DNA from: Promethearchaeota archaeon
GTDB lineage: Archaea > Asgardarchaeota > Lokiarchaeia > Sigyniarchaeales > SOKP01
DNA length: 27,508 bases
Direction: 5' to 3'
Assembly (NCBI GenBank): GCA_016840165.1
Contig: JAEOSU010000094.1
Coordinates: forward strand, 1-27,508
Shown one piece after another: positions 1-12,100 of this stretch. The notes under the pieces are model-generated. The model was not told where the DNA came from and searched no databases. It saw nothing but the letters and a program-made list of their open reading frames with translations. Within the stretch, counting starts at the first letter, position 1. Each line of letters begins with the position of its first letter. Made by a program: the position numbers and the translations under genes.

Positions 1-74
1 CGAGAAGAGGTTAAGTTCTTGAAATCCTTTAATTTTTTTCTTAATCGCGAATAATACATGAGAGTGTATTATAC

Positions 75-1061
75 CTATATCATTAAATTTTTTTCATTGT
101 ATCTATTCCAGATATCTTCTAAAACGTTTTCAGGTATGGGATTATTTAGAAGGAAGAGGATTTTTAGATTTGGTAAAAGATCTAAATCTTCCACCTTTTT
201 TATGTTATTATAACCCAAATCTAGATGATTAAGAGTAGCAATTCTCCCGTATATTTTCATGGAGTTTATTTTATTAGCTTCTAAACTTACCTCTTTGAGA
301 TTTTTTACAGTTTCGAGCCCTTTTAGAGAAGTGATTTGATTTCCTAAGAGATAAAGTTTCTCTAAATTATCCAGATTAGCTAAATTTTCAATATTCTCAA
401 TCATATTTGTGCTTAAATCTAATTCATAAAGGTGAGTGAGATTTTCTAAATTTTCTATTTTACTAATTTTATTTTCTGCGAGATTTAATTCTCTAAGCGA
501 CTTCAATTGCCCAATATTATTAATTTCAGTTATATGATTAAGAGAAAGATTTAAATATTTAAGCTTTTTTAGGTGTTCTAGGTTTTTGATTTTAGAGATT
601 TTATTTCGCGAGATATCTAAGCGTGTTAAATTATTCAAATTTTCAAGACCTTCAATTTCTGTTATATTATTGCTATGGAGCTGAAGAGATTCAAGATTAA
701 TTAAATTTTCAAGACCTTCGATCTTAGTTATTTTATTACGACTTAAAAAGAGTGTCTTGAGTTTTGTTAAGTTTTGAATTCCTGTAATTTCTCTAATTTG
801 ATTTTCTCTTAGATCCAAATATGTGAGCTCTTCTAAGTTCTCAAGGTTTTCAATTTTTTCGATATTGTTATCTCGTAAGGACAATTGATTTAATTCACTT
901 ATCCGGGTTAATCCTTGAATTTGGGAAATTCTCTCAATCTTCTTTTTATGAATACGCAATATTTTAGCTACAACAGGATACGTTCTAGTTTTAACAGGAT
1001 ATTCATGACCTTTATATATTACTTTCATATTATCTCGTTGTGGTATTTTTGATTCTTTCAT
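75..1061 (-). CDS. Leucine-rich repeat protein (SDS22-like, ~12-13 repeats of 22 aa)
   Basis: Regular LxxLxxLxLxxNxIxxIxxLxx repeats (LEELTYLDLRENQIREITGIQN, LTKLKTLFLSRNKITKIEGLEN...) with a C-terminal LxLxNNPI cap. A GTGAGG RBS-like sequence lies upstream. Confidence 0.95.
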   Translation of the reverse strand: MKESKIPQRDNMKVIYKGHEYPVKTRTYPVVAKILRIHKKKIERISQIQGLTRISELNQLSLRDNNIEKIENLENLEELTYLDLRENQIREITGIQNLTKLKTLFLSRNKITKIEGLENLINLESLQLHSNNITEIEGLENLNNLTRLDISRNKISKIKNLEHLKKLKYLNLSLNHITEINNIGQLKSLRELNLAENKISKIENLENLTHLYELDLSTNMIENIENLANLDNLEKLYLLGNQITSLKGLETVKNLKEVSLEANKINSMKIYGRIATLNHLDLGYNNIKKVEDLDLLPNLKILFLLNNPIPENVLEDIWNRYNEKNLMI

Positions 1062-1117
1062 ACTTCGTCCTCACATATTTAATAAAACAAATTGCATATA
1101 TATTTTAGTGTACCTCT

Positions 1118-1771
1118 TTAGTTTTTTAATTCATTAGGTCCAAATTTCCTCAATTTTACAATTTTAAAGATAAGCCTTAATAAAAAAAAGCCAGAGCTAA
1201 TTAGGAATATAAGAAATAAAATTATTAAAGATATAAATAAGAAATAATTTCCAGTTAAAAAGAAATTTTTATAGAGAGCTCCTATTCCAATTAAAAAGCC
1301 CCCAATAGTTATAAACAAGAATGTCCACATCAATTGATTAAAAAAGGGGACACTGCCCCTCCTAAGCCCAATTATTTTATTAAGCGGAATGACAGTATTA
1401 ATGAATGTGTTTCCCCTACTATTAATATTTATGATATTAAGTATATTAGAATTTTCCACTAAATTATCATAACTATGAGCTATATAAAAATTGCTTAAGT
1501 TGGAATCAAATATTTTAAGATTACTACAATCATATATTCTTAATGAGTTAAATATACAATTTCTAAAAATGATATTTTGGCAATTACGTAAAACTACTAC
1601 ATTAAGAGTAGAATTTTTAAAAAGAATATATTCTCTATTTCTTATAATCCATAATTTATCTGGAAAACTTTTCGTTGCTTTTATGACAAGAGGGTCATTT
1701 TGAGTCCCACTGCCATACCAGTGTGCTTCTCTCCTTAGTTTTCTAAAAAACTTTTTTTTGCTATTAAACAT
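1118..1771 (-). CDS. Parallel beta-helix repeat protein with two C-terminal transmembrane helices
   Basis: GSGTQNDPLVI start motif, short repeats (LRNCQNIIFRNC, IYDCSNLKIFDS, IAHSYDNLVENS), and two hydrophobic C-terminal segments. Confidence 0.75.
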   Translation of the reverse strand: MFNSKKKFFRKLRREAHWYGSGTQNDPLVIKATKSFPDKLWIIRNREYILFKNSTLNVVVLRNCQNIIFRNCIFNSLRIYDCSNLKIFDSNLSNFYIAHSYDNLVENSNILNIININSRGNTFINTVIPLNKIIGLRRGSVPFFNQLMWTFLFITIGGFLIGIGALYKNFFLTGNYFLFISLIILFLIFLISSGFFLLRLIFKIVKLRKFGPNELKN

Positions 1772-1802
1772 TTTAAATCCTCATTCTAACCAATTTATTA
1801 AT

Positions 1803-1814
1803 AAAAAAAAAAAA
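1803..1814 (-). terminator. Putative archaeal oligo-T terminator after the phospholipase gene
   Basis: A12 run on the + strand (T12 on the coding strand), ~30 nt downstream of the stop at 1845. Confidence 0.45.
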
Positions 1815-1844
1815 TTTAAATTAATTCTTTTTTAGACTCTAATG

Positions 1845-3110
1845 TTATGCAATGTTATAAGGTATTGGTAATGGAATGCTTTTACGTGCTCCAGTAGCTA
1901 TTGCTGCTACTAAAATAGGTAAGACATCAATGCTAGCCAGACCTAAGAACAATATTAATGATACTAATACACTTAATGAACGGAGGCAGTTTAAAGTAGC
2001 ATGAGAAGTATTTCCTTGTCCAGAACAATCTTCACAATACTTAGAAATACCAATTTCTCCTAATTCAGACCAAGCTTCAGCTATGTGATTGATGAGATTT
2101 GCCCCATAAAATATTCCCGCTTGAAGCCTATCATTAATATATTCAAAAAATTGCTTGTCAAAATGATTTACAGTAGTTCGATGACCTGAAGGCAAAGTTT
2201 TCTTGAAATCTCTAAAATGACAGTAACAATTTACCGCCTCCCATTCACCGGGAACGCTAGAACCCGCTTCATCAATATCACTTATTGTGGTATTGAATCG
2301 AGTACTGTAAGCAAGTAACTTGCACAGATGCCAAGAATAATCAAGACCAAGATCTAAAGTCCCTACATCAAATTCTACATCATAATCAAAATAATCATCC
2401 CTTGCGCTCCCAGATGTACTAGTTGCTTTTTGTACTATAGTTTCAAATCTACCATGTAAATCCCAATAAGCAGAACGTGAAACTCCATCTTTCAATACCT
2501 CAATATTATCATCATATTTGAGGGTATGAAAGAAACATGTAAAATCACCAATATAATGCATTAAAAATCCAATATAATATGCTGCTAGATCACATCTTCC
2601 CTCTTTTAGAGAATCTTTTGCAAATTCAGTGTACCTTCGTATATCATGCGCAATATTTGTATTCCTATGAGGTTGCATACTAAATGACGATCCTTCGTTA
2701 AAATCATAGAAGTATATTTTATGTCGTCTCCTATCTCCAACTCCCCGAACAATATAATTATTTAGTTTTAACTTTAAACTACTTAGATCGGGAGCCTCAG
2801 TACCAATAAGATATATCATTTTCCTTCTATCTGTCCAAAATAAACTCTCTTCATTATCAACCCATTTTGCTCTAGCATCATCATCATTTAGAACCGCTTC
2901 TAAAGCAGCTTCTGCTATCCAATCATGAGTTCCATAATGTTTACTGTCCTTCCACCAATTAACCAAAGCATCAGTAGCATAAACATCAAAATCACCTGTC
3001 GCATCACCATTATTCCAGGCCATAACTGGAGCCAAAAAGGCAACTACTAGTAATATACTTTCTATTACCAGTAAAATTCGTATAAACATTTTTCTTTTAA
3101 TTTTTATCAC
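1845..3110 (-). CDS. Secreted, membrane-anchored zinc-dependent phospholipase C / S1-P1 nuclease superfamily protein
   Basis: Signal peptide ending VMA|W, giving a mature N-terminal Trp. Zn-ligand motifs THDWIAE, EAPD, HYIGD, FHT and HGRFE. C-terminal hydrophobic anchor. GTG start overlaps the upstream TGA stop (GTGA, 3107-3110). Confidence 0.85.
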   Translation of the reverse strand: MIKIKRKMFIRILLVIESILLVVAFLAPVMAWNNGDATGDFDVYATDALVNWWKDSKHYGTHDWIAEAALEAVLNDDDARAKWVDNEESLFWTDRRKMIYLIGTEAPDLSSLKLKLNNYIVRGVGDRRRHKIYFYDFNEGSSFSMQPHRNTNIAHDIRRYTEFAKDSLKEGRCDLAAYYIGFLMHYIGDFTCFFHTLKYDDNIEVLKDGVSRSAYWDLHGRFETIVQKATSTSGSARDDYFDYDVEFDVGTLDLGLDYSWHLCKLLAYSTRFNTTISDIDEAGSSVPGEWEAVNCYCHFRDFKKTLPSGHRTTVNHFDKQFFEYINDRLQAGIFYGANLINHIAEAWSELGEIGISKYCEDCSGQGNTSHATLNCLRSLSVLVSLILFLGLASIDVLPILVAAIATGARKSIPLPIPYNIA

Positions 3111-6100
3111 CCCATATACTCTAAAAACTCAATAAACATTAAGACTGCAAATAGTCCTATAAGTAAACCAGTCCCAGACACATTCCTAGAAACAAATTTA
3201 ACTTTAGTCTTACAACTTGGTTCATCGATTAAATTAACTGCATCAAAAGCAGTTCTTACGAAAATCGTTGATAGCAGATTGACTACTATTTGAATTGGAG
3301 TAAAAATCATATTGAGTAACGTCCCTACCCCTGATATGTCATAGATAAATGATAACATATCATGTTGAGGATTAATTGACAAAGCAGAAGCCAACAATGA
3401 CATAATTGCTGTATACCTAAGTACCGTCTTTATAGTGCTCCCTAAAGGACTTGCGAGACCTTTTCCGAATTTTGCACGAGCAAAAGACATAATACTTTCA
3501 TCACCCAGATCTCCAAATAGATTAAACCAGTCTATTGTTCTTTCTTTAAAAACACCAGAAAAAGACAAGAAAAATGAATTAAGAAGTAAAGCAGTTGCTG
3601 TACCTAAGATCATAAATGGATTCTCGCTATCTACTGCTGCCTTTATCATAATGATTGAGGATATAATTGCTGAAGCACAACCTAAAACTGTTAATACTGT
3701 TGAAGCTGAACTATCTGGATTCCACGCAGCTACCGCTGCCGCCCCATAGAAAACCAAAGGAAGGAAACCAGATAATGAGCTAGTTAAGGTATAACAAGTT
3801 GTCATATCTATTGGATTACCTAGATTATATATATAAGAATCACCTGAAGTAACCGTCTCTGCAGCAACTCCATATTCATCTTTTGCTTCAATTCTCCAAA
3901 ACCATTTCCCTGCTCCTAAATCTGCTAAATTTACTGTAGCTGCACAAGCGTAAACACCAAGCTCATATTCATAAATAACATCTTCCATATAAAAGGGTTG
4001 ACTTTCTCTACCCTTCCCGTCTGTGAATATGATCCTAGGATAACCTTCCATTAAATCATAATTATCAGGACTCATGAATGTTGCTTCAAAAAGAAAACTT
4101 GTATAATCTGTTGAGATTCTCCAGTAATCTCCGAGCAGATTATAACATTTTACACCCAGAAGAACTGGCTTATCTTCATCTTTAACTACATATGGTCCTT
4201 TTAGATCGACTTCAATCGAAGAATTAGATTCATCATAGGAATCACCATATAAGTAACTCAAAGACCCATCTGAAAATTCTACTTCAAAATAATGGTGAAA
4301 CCACCCAATTTCGTTGTCATTGTATCCAAGATTAGAAAAATTTAATGTTTTATTGAACTCGACTGGATCCATTGCACTATAATTTGGATAAACAACCGAT
4401 GGTGTCATTAAAAATTTTCTAATCCCTACTGTCTTATTAACCCCACCAAAACCATTAGATATGTTTGCAGGAATAAGACAGAGAGACACATTTGACGGAG
4501 CTTCACTGCCATAATACCATGTTTTAAATGTGAAGTTTTCATTTTTAAATCCAGCACTAGTATACCATTCATTTTTACTCGTTTGAATTGTAGAATACTC
4601 AAGAACATACGATAAATCAGATGTACTGATACAAGGCCCAAGAAGATAAGAACCTACTGGCTTAAATACAATTTGATCACTAAAATTATCCTTTGTCGTG
4701 AAAAAGTAATGCCATAATCCATCTAATTCATATATAGTACTTAGGTCAACCACATAAGTGTAATTAACAGGCTTACTATAATCTGGATCTGGAAGATAAT
4801 CCTCATGAACATTCATGCTTAAGGGCTCGATTGCAGTCCCATTCGGTGCTATTAAGTGTAACCTTACCCCATAATTAGCGTCGGGTGGATTATCACCTGT
4901 CCCACTATCGTCATATAATGTCCAGAATTCGTAGGTGGCACCACTAACATGATTAAATGAACAATGCAACGAAGGAGGGCCTTGTGGTTCATTGATTTCG
5001 AAGTAAGAATTATTAACACCATTAAAGACTTCATTCCCAAATAAAACATCAAGCTCAGTAGTAAATGTTAAAGTCCCATTATTATATACTTTATCAACTA
5101 CCCAAGGAAATTTCATATCAAAGAAATCCCAATAATACCATTTTACTTCTGATTCCATTCTAAATACTCTACTATACACTGAAAATTCGACGAAATTCCA
5201 GCTAAACTCCGTATAACCCCCCATAAAGGAAGTTAAAACCAACAATGCTATACCTGAAGTAATGTAAATAAGAATCTGCATGAAAATATGAATTGCTAAT
5301 AATACATACGCTAATACCAATAATGCTGCTCGCGCTATAACCCATAGTAATTGTGCTAAAAATCCTAATGCATTCATGAAAATCGTTGCCAAAAATTCCT
5401 GAAGATAGGCAAAGAACTTCCCTCCGGTCATGGCCATCTGGGCGTTCAAGACCACACGCAAGATCGGATTGACCAAACATAAGAACCACAGCACGAAATC
5501 GAATGCGCCTTCAGGGTCAGGCTCATCTCCCATAGCCGAGTTTGTATAGTTATTTACCCACGGGATATACCCTAACACGCTATAGGGAAGGTTCATTTCC
5601 GTTGCTTCAGTACCATTCAGTTTTGTTGAGACATAGCTATGAATCGTTGCATTGATATAAATGGTGTTATTACTTTCATCTAAGGTTTCATTGATAACAC
5701 CATTGAGTACTAGTTCTAAGACTGCTAGCGCGTCTTCTGGAGAAATACCCCGTCGAATGAACACAAAATCGACATCGGCGTTCGCTTTTTCTGATTCACC
5801 ATCTCTATCCGGTCCTGTAAATTCGAACATATACTCTTCTTCATGGTAAAGCACCGTCTCATTGAGAGTACCATGTTCTACGTAGCCATTAAGATGGGTT
5901 TGGGTAAATAGTGAGGTAGGAATAATGATAACATTCATTCCATACTCAAAAGGTGTACCGGAACAATCATAGTGATCTTCATTATCCCCAAGAGTGTAGT
6001 CTGGCTCCCATGAGAAACCAAACGCATCAAAATAGCCTGTAAACGCGTCACCTCCCGTACTAATTTGAATCCGATTGATTTGACCTTGATTCGAGACAAA

Positions 6101-9100
6101 ACCTCCATCAGATACTTTCTGAACGCCATCCACGTAGACATCATAATGATAAATGGAAAGCCCATTATACCCGCTCGAGTCACACGCAAAATCCACCCGC
6201 ATACGATACCATGTATCAGAGCTTACACTCATTACATCATAATAATTGCCTCCATAATATCGCTTGATTTTACCATCACGGATATAGAGCCGAATGACGT
6301 CAGTTCCTCCATTCTGTAAGTAAAAATTGAGCACTCCACCATTTGCTTTTGTTGAGTACCACCACCATTCAATAGAACCGTGAGCATGTCCTGCATCAAA
6401 TTGATGATAGAAATTGGAATGATCTGAATCTCCCTCCGAAACACCGAGTACTTGGGAATGTCCGTCAATTTCTTCATAAATCTTCACATAGCTTTCTACA
6501 GAAGAGGAATCAGAGGTGACGAAATCGATATCGATACTACAATTACCGATAGGAGAGTCTAAAAAGCTTTCAGAGCCAAGATAATGCCCTTCTCCTGGAA
6601 TATTTAATTGAATCACACTATAATGCTGATTCCAATCATTGTAATGTCCATTAAAAGTCGAATTTGCCTCGAAAATCGCTAACGTATTCGCTTTTTCGAT
6701 ATATACGGTCTTTACCTTCACCCGTACGTAATTAGGGAAACCAAACCGTCCTGTATCACCTTCAAAGAGTATAGTATACTCCCCACTAGTGTCTATAGTA
6801 TACTGTGCATCTTCATCAACTCCTTTGATGTCGTTAGAGCCTAAGTGACGATAGACGCTATAGAGCTGCAAGTTCATGGTAATGGTATTTCCTTGACGGG
6901 TGGTATCATCATCTATATTCACATAATAATGCTCGTCAAAATAGCATGCCTGATATGAGCCATAAATATTTGGAGCTGAAGTTCCCTGAGTAACTGGAGT
7001 GACGATATAATAATCATTCTCTCCAAAACTAAAGGCAACTACTACCTGCATTAAAGCATGCCCATCACCAATCGCAAGATTATTATATTCCCCGGTATAG
7101 GGGTGAATTTCCAACATGACATCATGGAGCGGATCCCTATCCTCTGGATCGTTTGCCTCATCTCCATCACTGTCCTTTGAGAGAGGGGAGGTACCAGAGG
7201 TGAAAATCTCATAGTAATCGCTCCATCCATCGCCATCAGTATCGTTATTAGCGGGATCTGTTACCCAGCCGACCGTATCTTCAAAGTTAGCGGGAACATA
7301 CGTATCGGCTTCAATCTTAAAGGTACTCAGATTGAATAAATTATTTACTTTTGTCCCATAAAGTTTGATTTGGAGCTGATAGGTTCCGTAAATTGTTCCA
7401 TCATTGCAATATGCTCCTAAATCAAGCGATTTCGAATAGCTAAACGCTGCGGAAGAGTTGAATGAAACTGTATCTATCATTAAACAGATATCACTTTTTG
7501 TAAGATTGAGAACATCCTTGATCAAATAAATAAATACTTGACCTGTCCCATTAGGTGTTCCCACAGAACTTATTTCTATGTCTAATTGCGCGTCCGTAAC
7601 TTCTCCCGTCTGAGAGATCTCAAGGTAATATTCATCAGGATGGTCAAGAGATGGAAACTGAATATACTTATTGTCGCCAATCTCGTAGAAGGGATCCCAA
7701 GAGAAACCAAAAGCATCATAATAATTATAGTATCCGCCATCATTTGATAAAGTCCCTAATCTGATTTTATCTATACTTGAAGAGCTAAAACTAATATTCT
7801 CCGCGATTAAAGAATCATCAACATACCAATTAAATTTCCCCGTATTACAATCAAATTTTATTTTAAAATGGAGCCACTTATTGTTTTCTGGAGTTCCTAC
7901 CCAATTATAGCCCGACACATAATAAAAATATTCATGTAATACACCCACGCTAAATTTTGAGGTTGAGCCTGATAAGAATTCGATCTTCCCCATTTTATGA
8001 TAATTTGTGGTTCGATACCAAAATTCAACCGTACCATTTGTTTGCGCATCGAATTCATTAACAGCATAGATATACCCAACTCCTGCAATATAGTTATTAT
8101 CATATAATTCTAATACTTCATTATGTCCATCTTTTTCTTCTATGACTTGAATTGTTGTACTTGAAGGCTTATTATAGCTGTCAATAAAGTCGATATCATC
8201 TTGATCCTCTCCATTTTCTCCCGTAAACGAATATGTTCCAGGATAAAGCGGATAAAGCCCAACCTCAAATGAGTCAGGGATGGTGTCTCCAAGGTTTTCT
8301 CCTTCCCAGTAATAACTATGGTTGATTATATACCAACAATAGCCGATAGCATCAAAATATACGTCAAAATTAGCGGAACTTTGTCCTGTGCTCAGCATTA
8401 ATTTGTCCAATAAAACACAATTACTTTGATAGAAATTGATATTTTCAGCCTCTAATTCACCGTTAATATACCAATCAAATTTGCCTTTGGTTCCTGCACT
8501 GCAGTTAAAGACAATCTTATGGTGATACCATCCATTTGAGCTATAGACTTTTATATCATGGTAAGAACCATCATACCATGAAAATTGCCCATTCTCTCTC
8601 ATTTTTAAAGAGATTGCCATAGTTGATCCGTCATAGAAGATTACCTCGCTGAATTTATCTTCCGCTGATTGTGCCCAATAAAATTCGATTGTTCCGTTAC
8701 TACGCTCAAATTGAGTATTATAGACCTCGACATTGCCATTGGAATTATCATCTGAAAGTTCCAAAACTTTGTTATGATAGCCAAACTCCGAAAGAATGGA
8801 TGCTTGACAATTAGAATCTACGGAAATACTGTCTATAAAATCGATATTTGTACCACTTGTCCCATCCTCTTCATTTTCAAATGAGAAGCTTCCAGAGTAA
8901 TTGCCGATTGGATTGAGAGTTACATTAAATATCTCCATATTCTCTTGAGTGCCATTTACTAGGTAAGGCGCATAATAATCTTGGATTTCAATGATATCAG
9001 TTCCATTTACCAATACTCCCATTTCAACACCATCTAAAATCCCATCATTATCTGAATCTGAATCATTAGGGTCTAAATAACGGCTAAAATCTAATTCAAA

Positions 9101-12100
9101 ATACTCCAAATAACACTTCGGATTGCCATTAAATCTGTTATCGCCTATATTATATAGTTCATCCCATGAGTAACCAATAGCATCGACGAATAGCCAGAAA
9201 TCATAAAAAGTTCCATACCCTCGGGTGCGAAAGTTGATGCTACTGATGGATGTAACATTGTCATAGAAGTAATACTTGCCATAACTCTGCCCATCGATAT
9301 ATAAGTAATAATAATCACCATCGCATTCAAAATCATAACGAATGTGATACCAACGATCTGCCTCAAAATCTGCGACGATTGACTCCGCTCCTCCATCTTC
9401 AGTGACACGAAAAGAGCCTCCTTTATGGAGTATATTAACAGCCGAGGTGCCACTTGACAGGTCTCCTTCTCGTGCTTCCATAACCATAATTTCCGAATAG
9501 CCGTCTCTTCGAACCCAAAATTCGATCGTACCATTGCTTTGAGGAGAAAAAGAATTTTCTATTCTGGCATTTGCGGTAGGGCCAGGGGCGGTATCAAATA
9601 ATTCGACTACATTTGCATGACCATCTACTGATTCTATTACTTCTACATCGCAATAATCTCCTTCCCATGAGTCCCATTCGGCAGGTAGACCCCCAACTGT
9701 ATCATCGGTAAAACTATAGGTACCACAATAAACTCCATTTTCATAAAACCGATATGTACTGACAAATTCTTCTTCATTGTCTCCAACATAATACCCAGGA
9801 TCCCAAGAATAACCCACCGAATCAACAAATACATAGTAATCGTTATAGGTTCCCCAGCCTCGCGTGTGAAAAACTATTTTATTTAAAGCAGTGACATTAT
9901 CATAGAAATAATACTTGCCATAACTCTGCCCATCGATATATAAGTAAAAATAATCACCATTACATTCAAAATTATAGCGAATGTGATACCAACGATCGGT
10001 ATCAAAATCTGCCACAATTGACTCTGCTCCTCCGTCTTCGCTTACGCGAAAAGAGCCTCCTTTATGAAATAATTCAATTCCTAAAGTATCATCTTGGCAC
10101 ATCCTCCCAACGCGGAATTCTTCTGTATAACCATCTCTCCGTACCCAGAACTCTACTGTACCATTAGTCTGAGAAGAGAAAGAATTTTCAATCAGAGCAA
10201 AATGCGTTGTATATGCATTGGAATCCTTCAACCTCACTATTTTAGCATGTCCATCTAGTGATTCTAATACGCTTACATCACAATAACTTCCTTCATATGA
10301 GGTCCAACCATTGGGTAAGCCCCCAACGGTATCATCTTCGAAACTATACGTAGCGGGATAATGTCCCTCTAAAGTGGTATTGTCAGGATATATAATACCT
10401 ATCTCATAATCCCCATAATAATCATACCCAAGAGTAATATTATTCATGATCTCAGTCACATCAACCACTTGGCTGAAATATCGAGTGTTATTCGTTGAAA
10501 AGTTTGCTAATATAATCCCATTATCCTTTTTCGTGATAATAATTTGTAAGTCTAGCACTTCTTGATCGGAAACTCCATAGGAGCCTGTTGCATTCGTTCC
10601 ATACTCACCAAAAGAGATCCCAAATGAGATCTGGGCAGCAGAGGCTTGAGTGAAATGATGAGGAAAGTGTAGGGTAGAAGATGCGGTCAGATTTACTTTC
10701 TTATCTAAATCATCAAATCCCTCATCTGCAAGTTTTATGAGGTAATTTTTAATCTCTGCTGAGTCAGATACGAAATCATGATCACTATCCGCATCTAAGG
10801 GATTAGTATAAAACCCAATACCCCACCCATAGACTTCTTCCCCATCTTTTAAGCCATCTTGGTCGCTATCAGTATTATTTGGATCAGTACCATATTGTAT
10901 TTCCCAGTAATCTGAAAGAGTATCCTCATCTCCGTCCCATTTTGTCGGGAACGGATCTATGTCATCATCGAGCTGATCATTGTCCGTATCGCTTAGCTGG
11001 GGATTGGAACCCGCTAAGAATTCCTCATAGTCGCTTAATCCATCCGAGTCAGAGTTATTATCTAATGGATCAGCAGAAACATGAAATGTAGAACTGTTCT
11101 CAAAGTATACCACGGTAATGTTCCATCCATAAAGCTCATTCCCATCGGAAAGATAATCGTTATCCGTGTCATAATCTAAATTATCGGTATCCACCGAGAG
11201 TTCGCCGAGAGTGCTGTTAATAGTATAACCATCCCATAACCCATCCCCATCCGTATCGGGATCAAGATACGATGTATTAGAAATCGTCTGTTCATAAGTA
11301 TCGGTTAATCCATCACCATCCGCATCCGAGGTTCCATCAGCTAGTTCAAGCATATCCTCAACATTGTCGCTAATTCCATTTAATGTGTTATCGATAACTG
11401 AATTAATCTTAAAGGAGGCAGTATTCTTTTTGCCTTCCGGATCTACCACGGTAACTCTTCCTTGATAAATCCCCGTTTCTGTACACGTGAAAATGACATC
11501 TGAATAATAATTCCCTCGAGAATCATACATATAAAATTTGTTATTGCCTTTTCGGATCTCCCAGATAAATTTTAATGAACCCATATCATATTGTGTATCC
11601 ATAGCCCACGCACGGAGTTTGATCTCTCCATCAGAACTGAATAATTCATATTCATCCGAAGAAACTCCATGATACATATAGTTACCAATAAATACTTGAG
11701 GTGCTAAGGAATGAACATTAATGGTAATTTTCTGAGAGCTAGATGTACCTGATGAATCGGTTACTATGAGTGTATATTCATATTTGCCATTATCGAGAAT
11801 TACTTGTGGTTTTGGCTCATGAGAAAACAGTTGATTCTTCTCATCAAACCAAGAATATTCAAGTAAAGACTCATCTCGTTCGGAATCGTATACTTCCACG
11901 TCTAAGAGAAGTGCGCTCCCCTCTGTTGCTTGAAACCCGAATGGTCCGACAATCTCAGGAGCCTTCGAGAGGATAGTAATATTTTTTACATCGGTATGGA
12001 AATTACCATACGCATCTGCTATGGTAAGGGAAATGTTGTAGACCCCAGCCATTTGCCACGCATGTTCCGCATAAGGTGCATTTACAGTATAGCCATCAGA

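Noticed and set aside
9255-10066. Near-identical repeats as DGR template/variable repeats
   Set aside because: Both copies are in frame within one CDS, differences are largely synonymous and not adenine-specific, and no reverse transcriptase is present.
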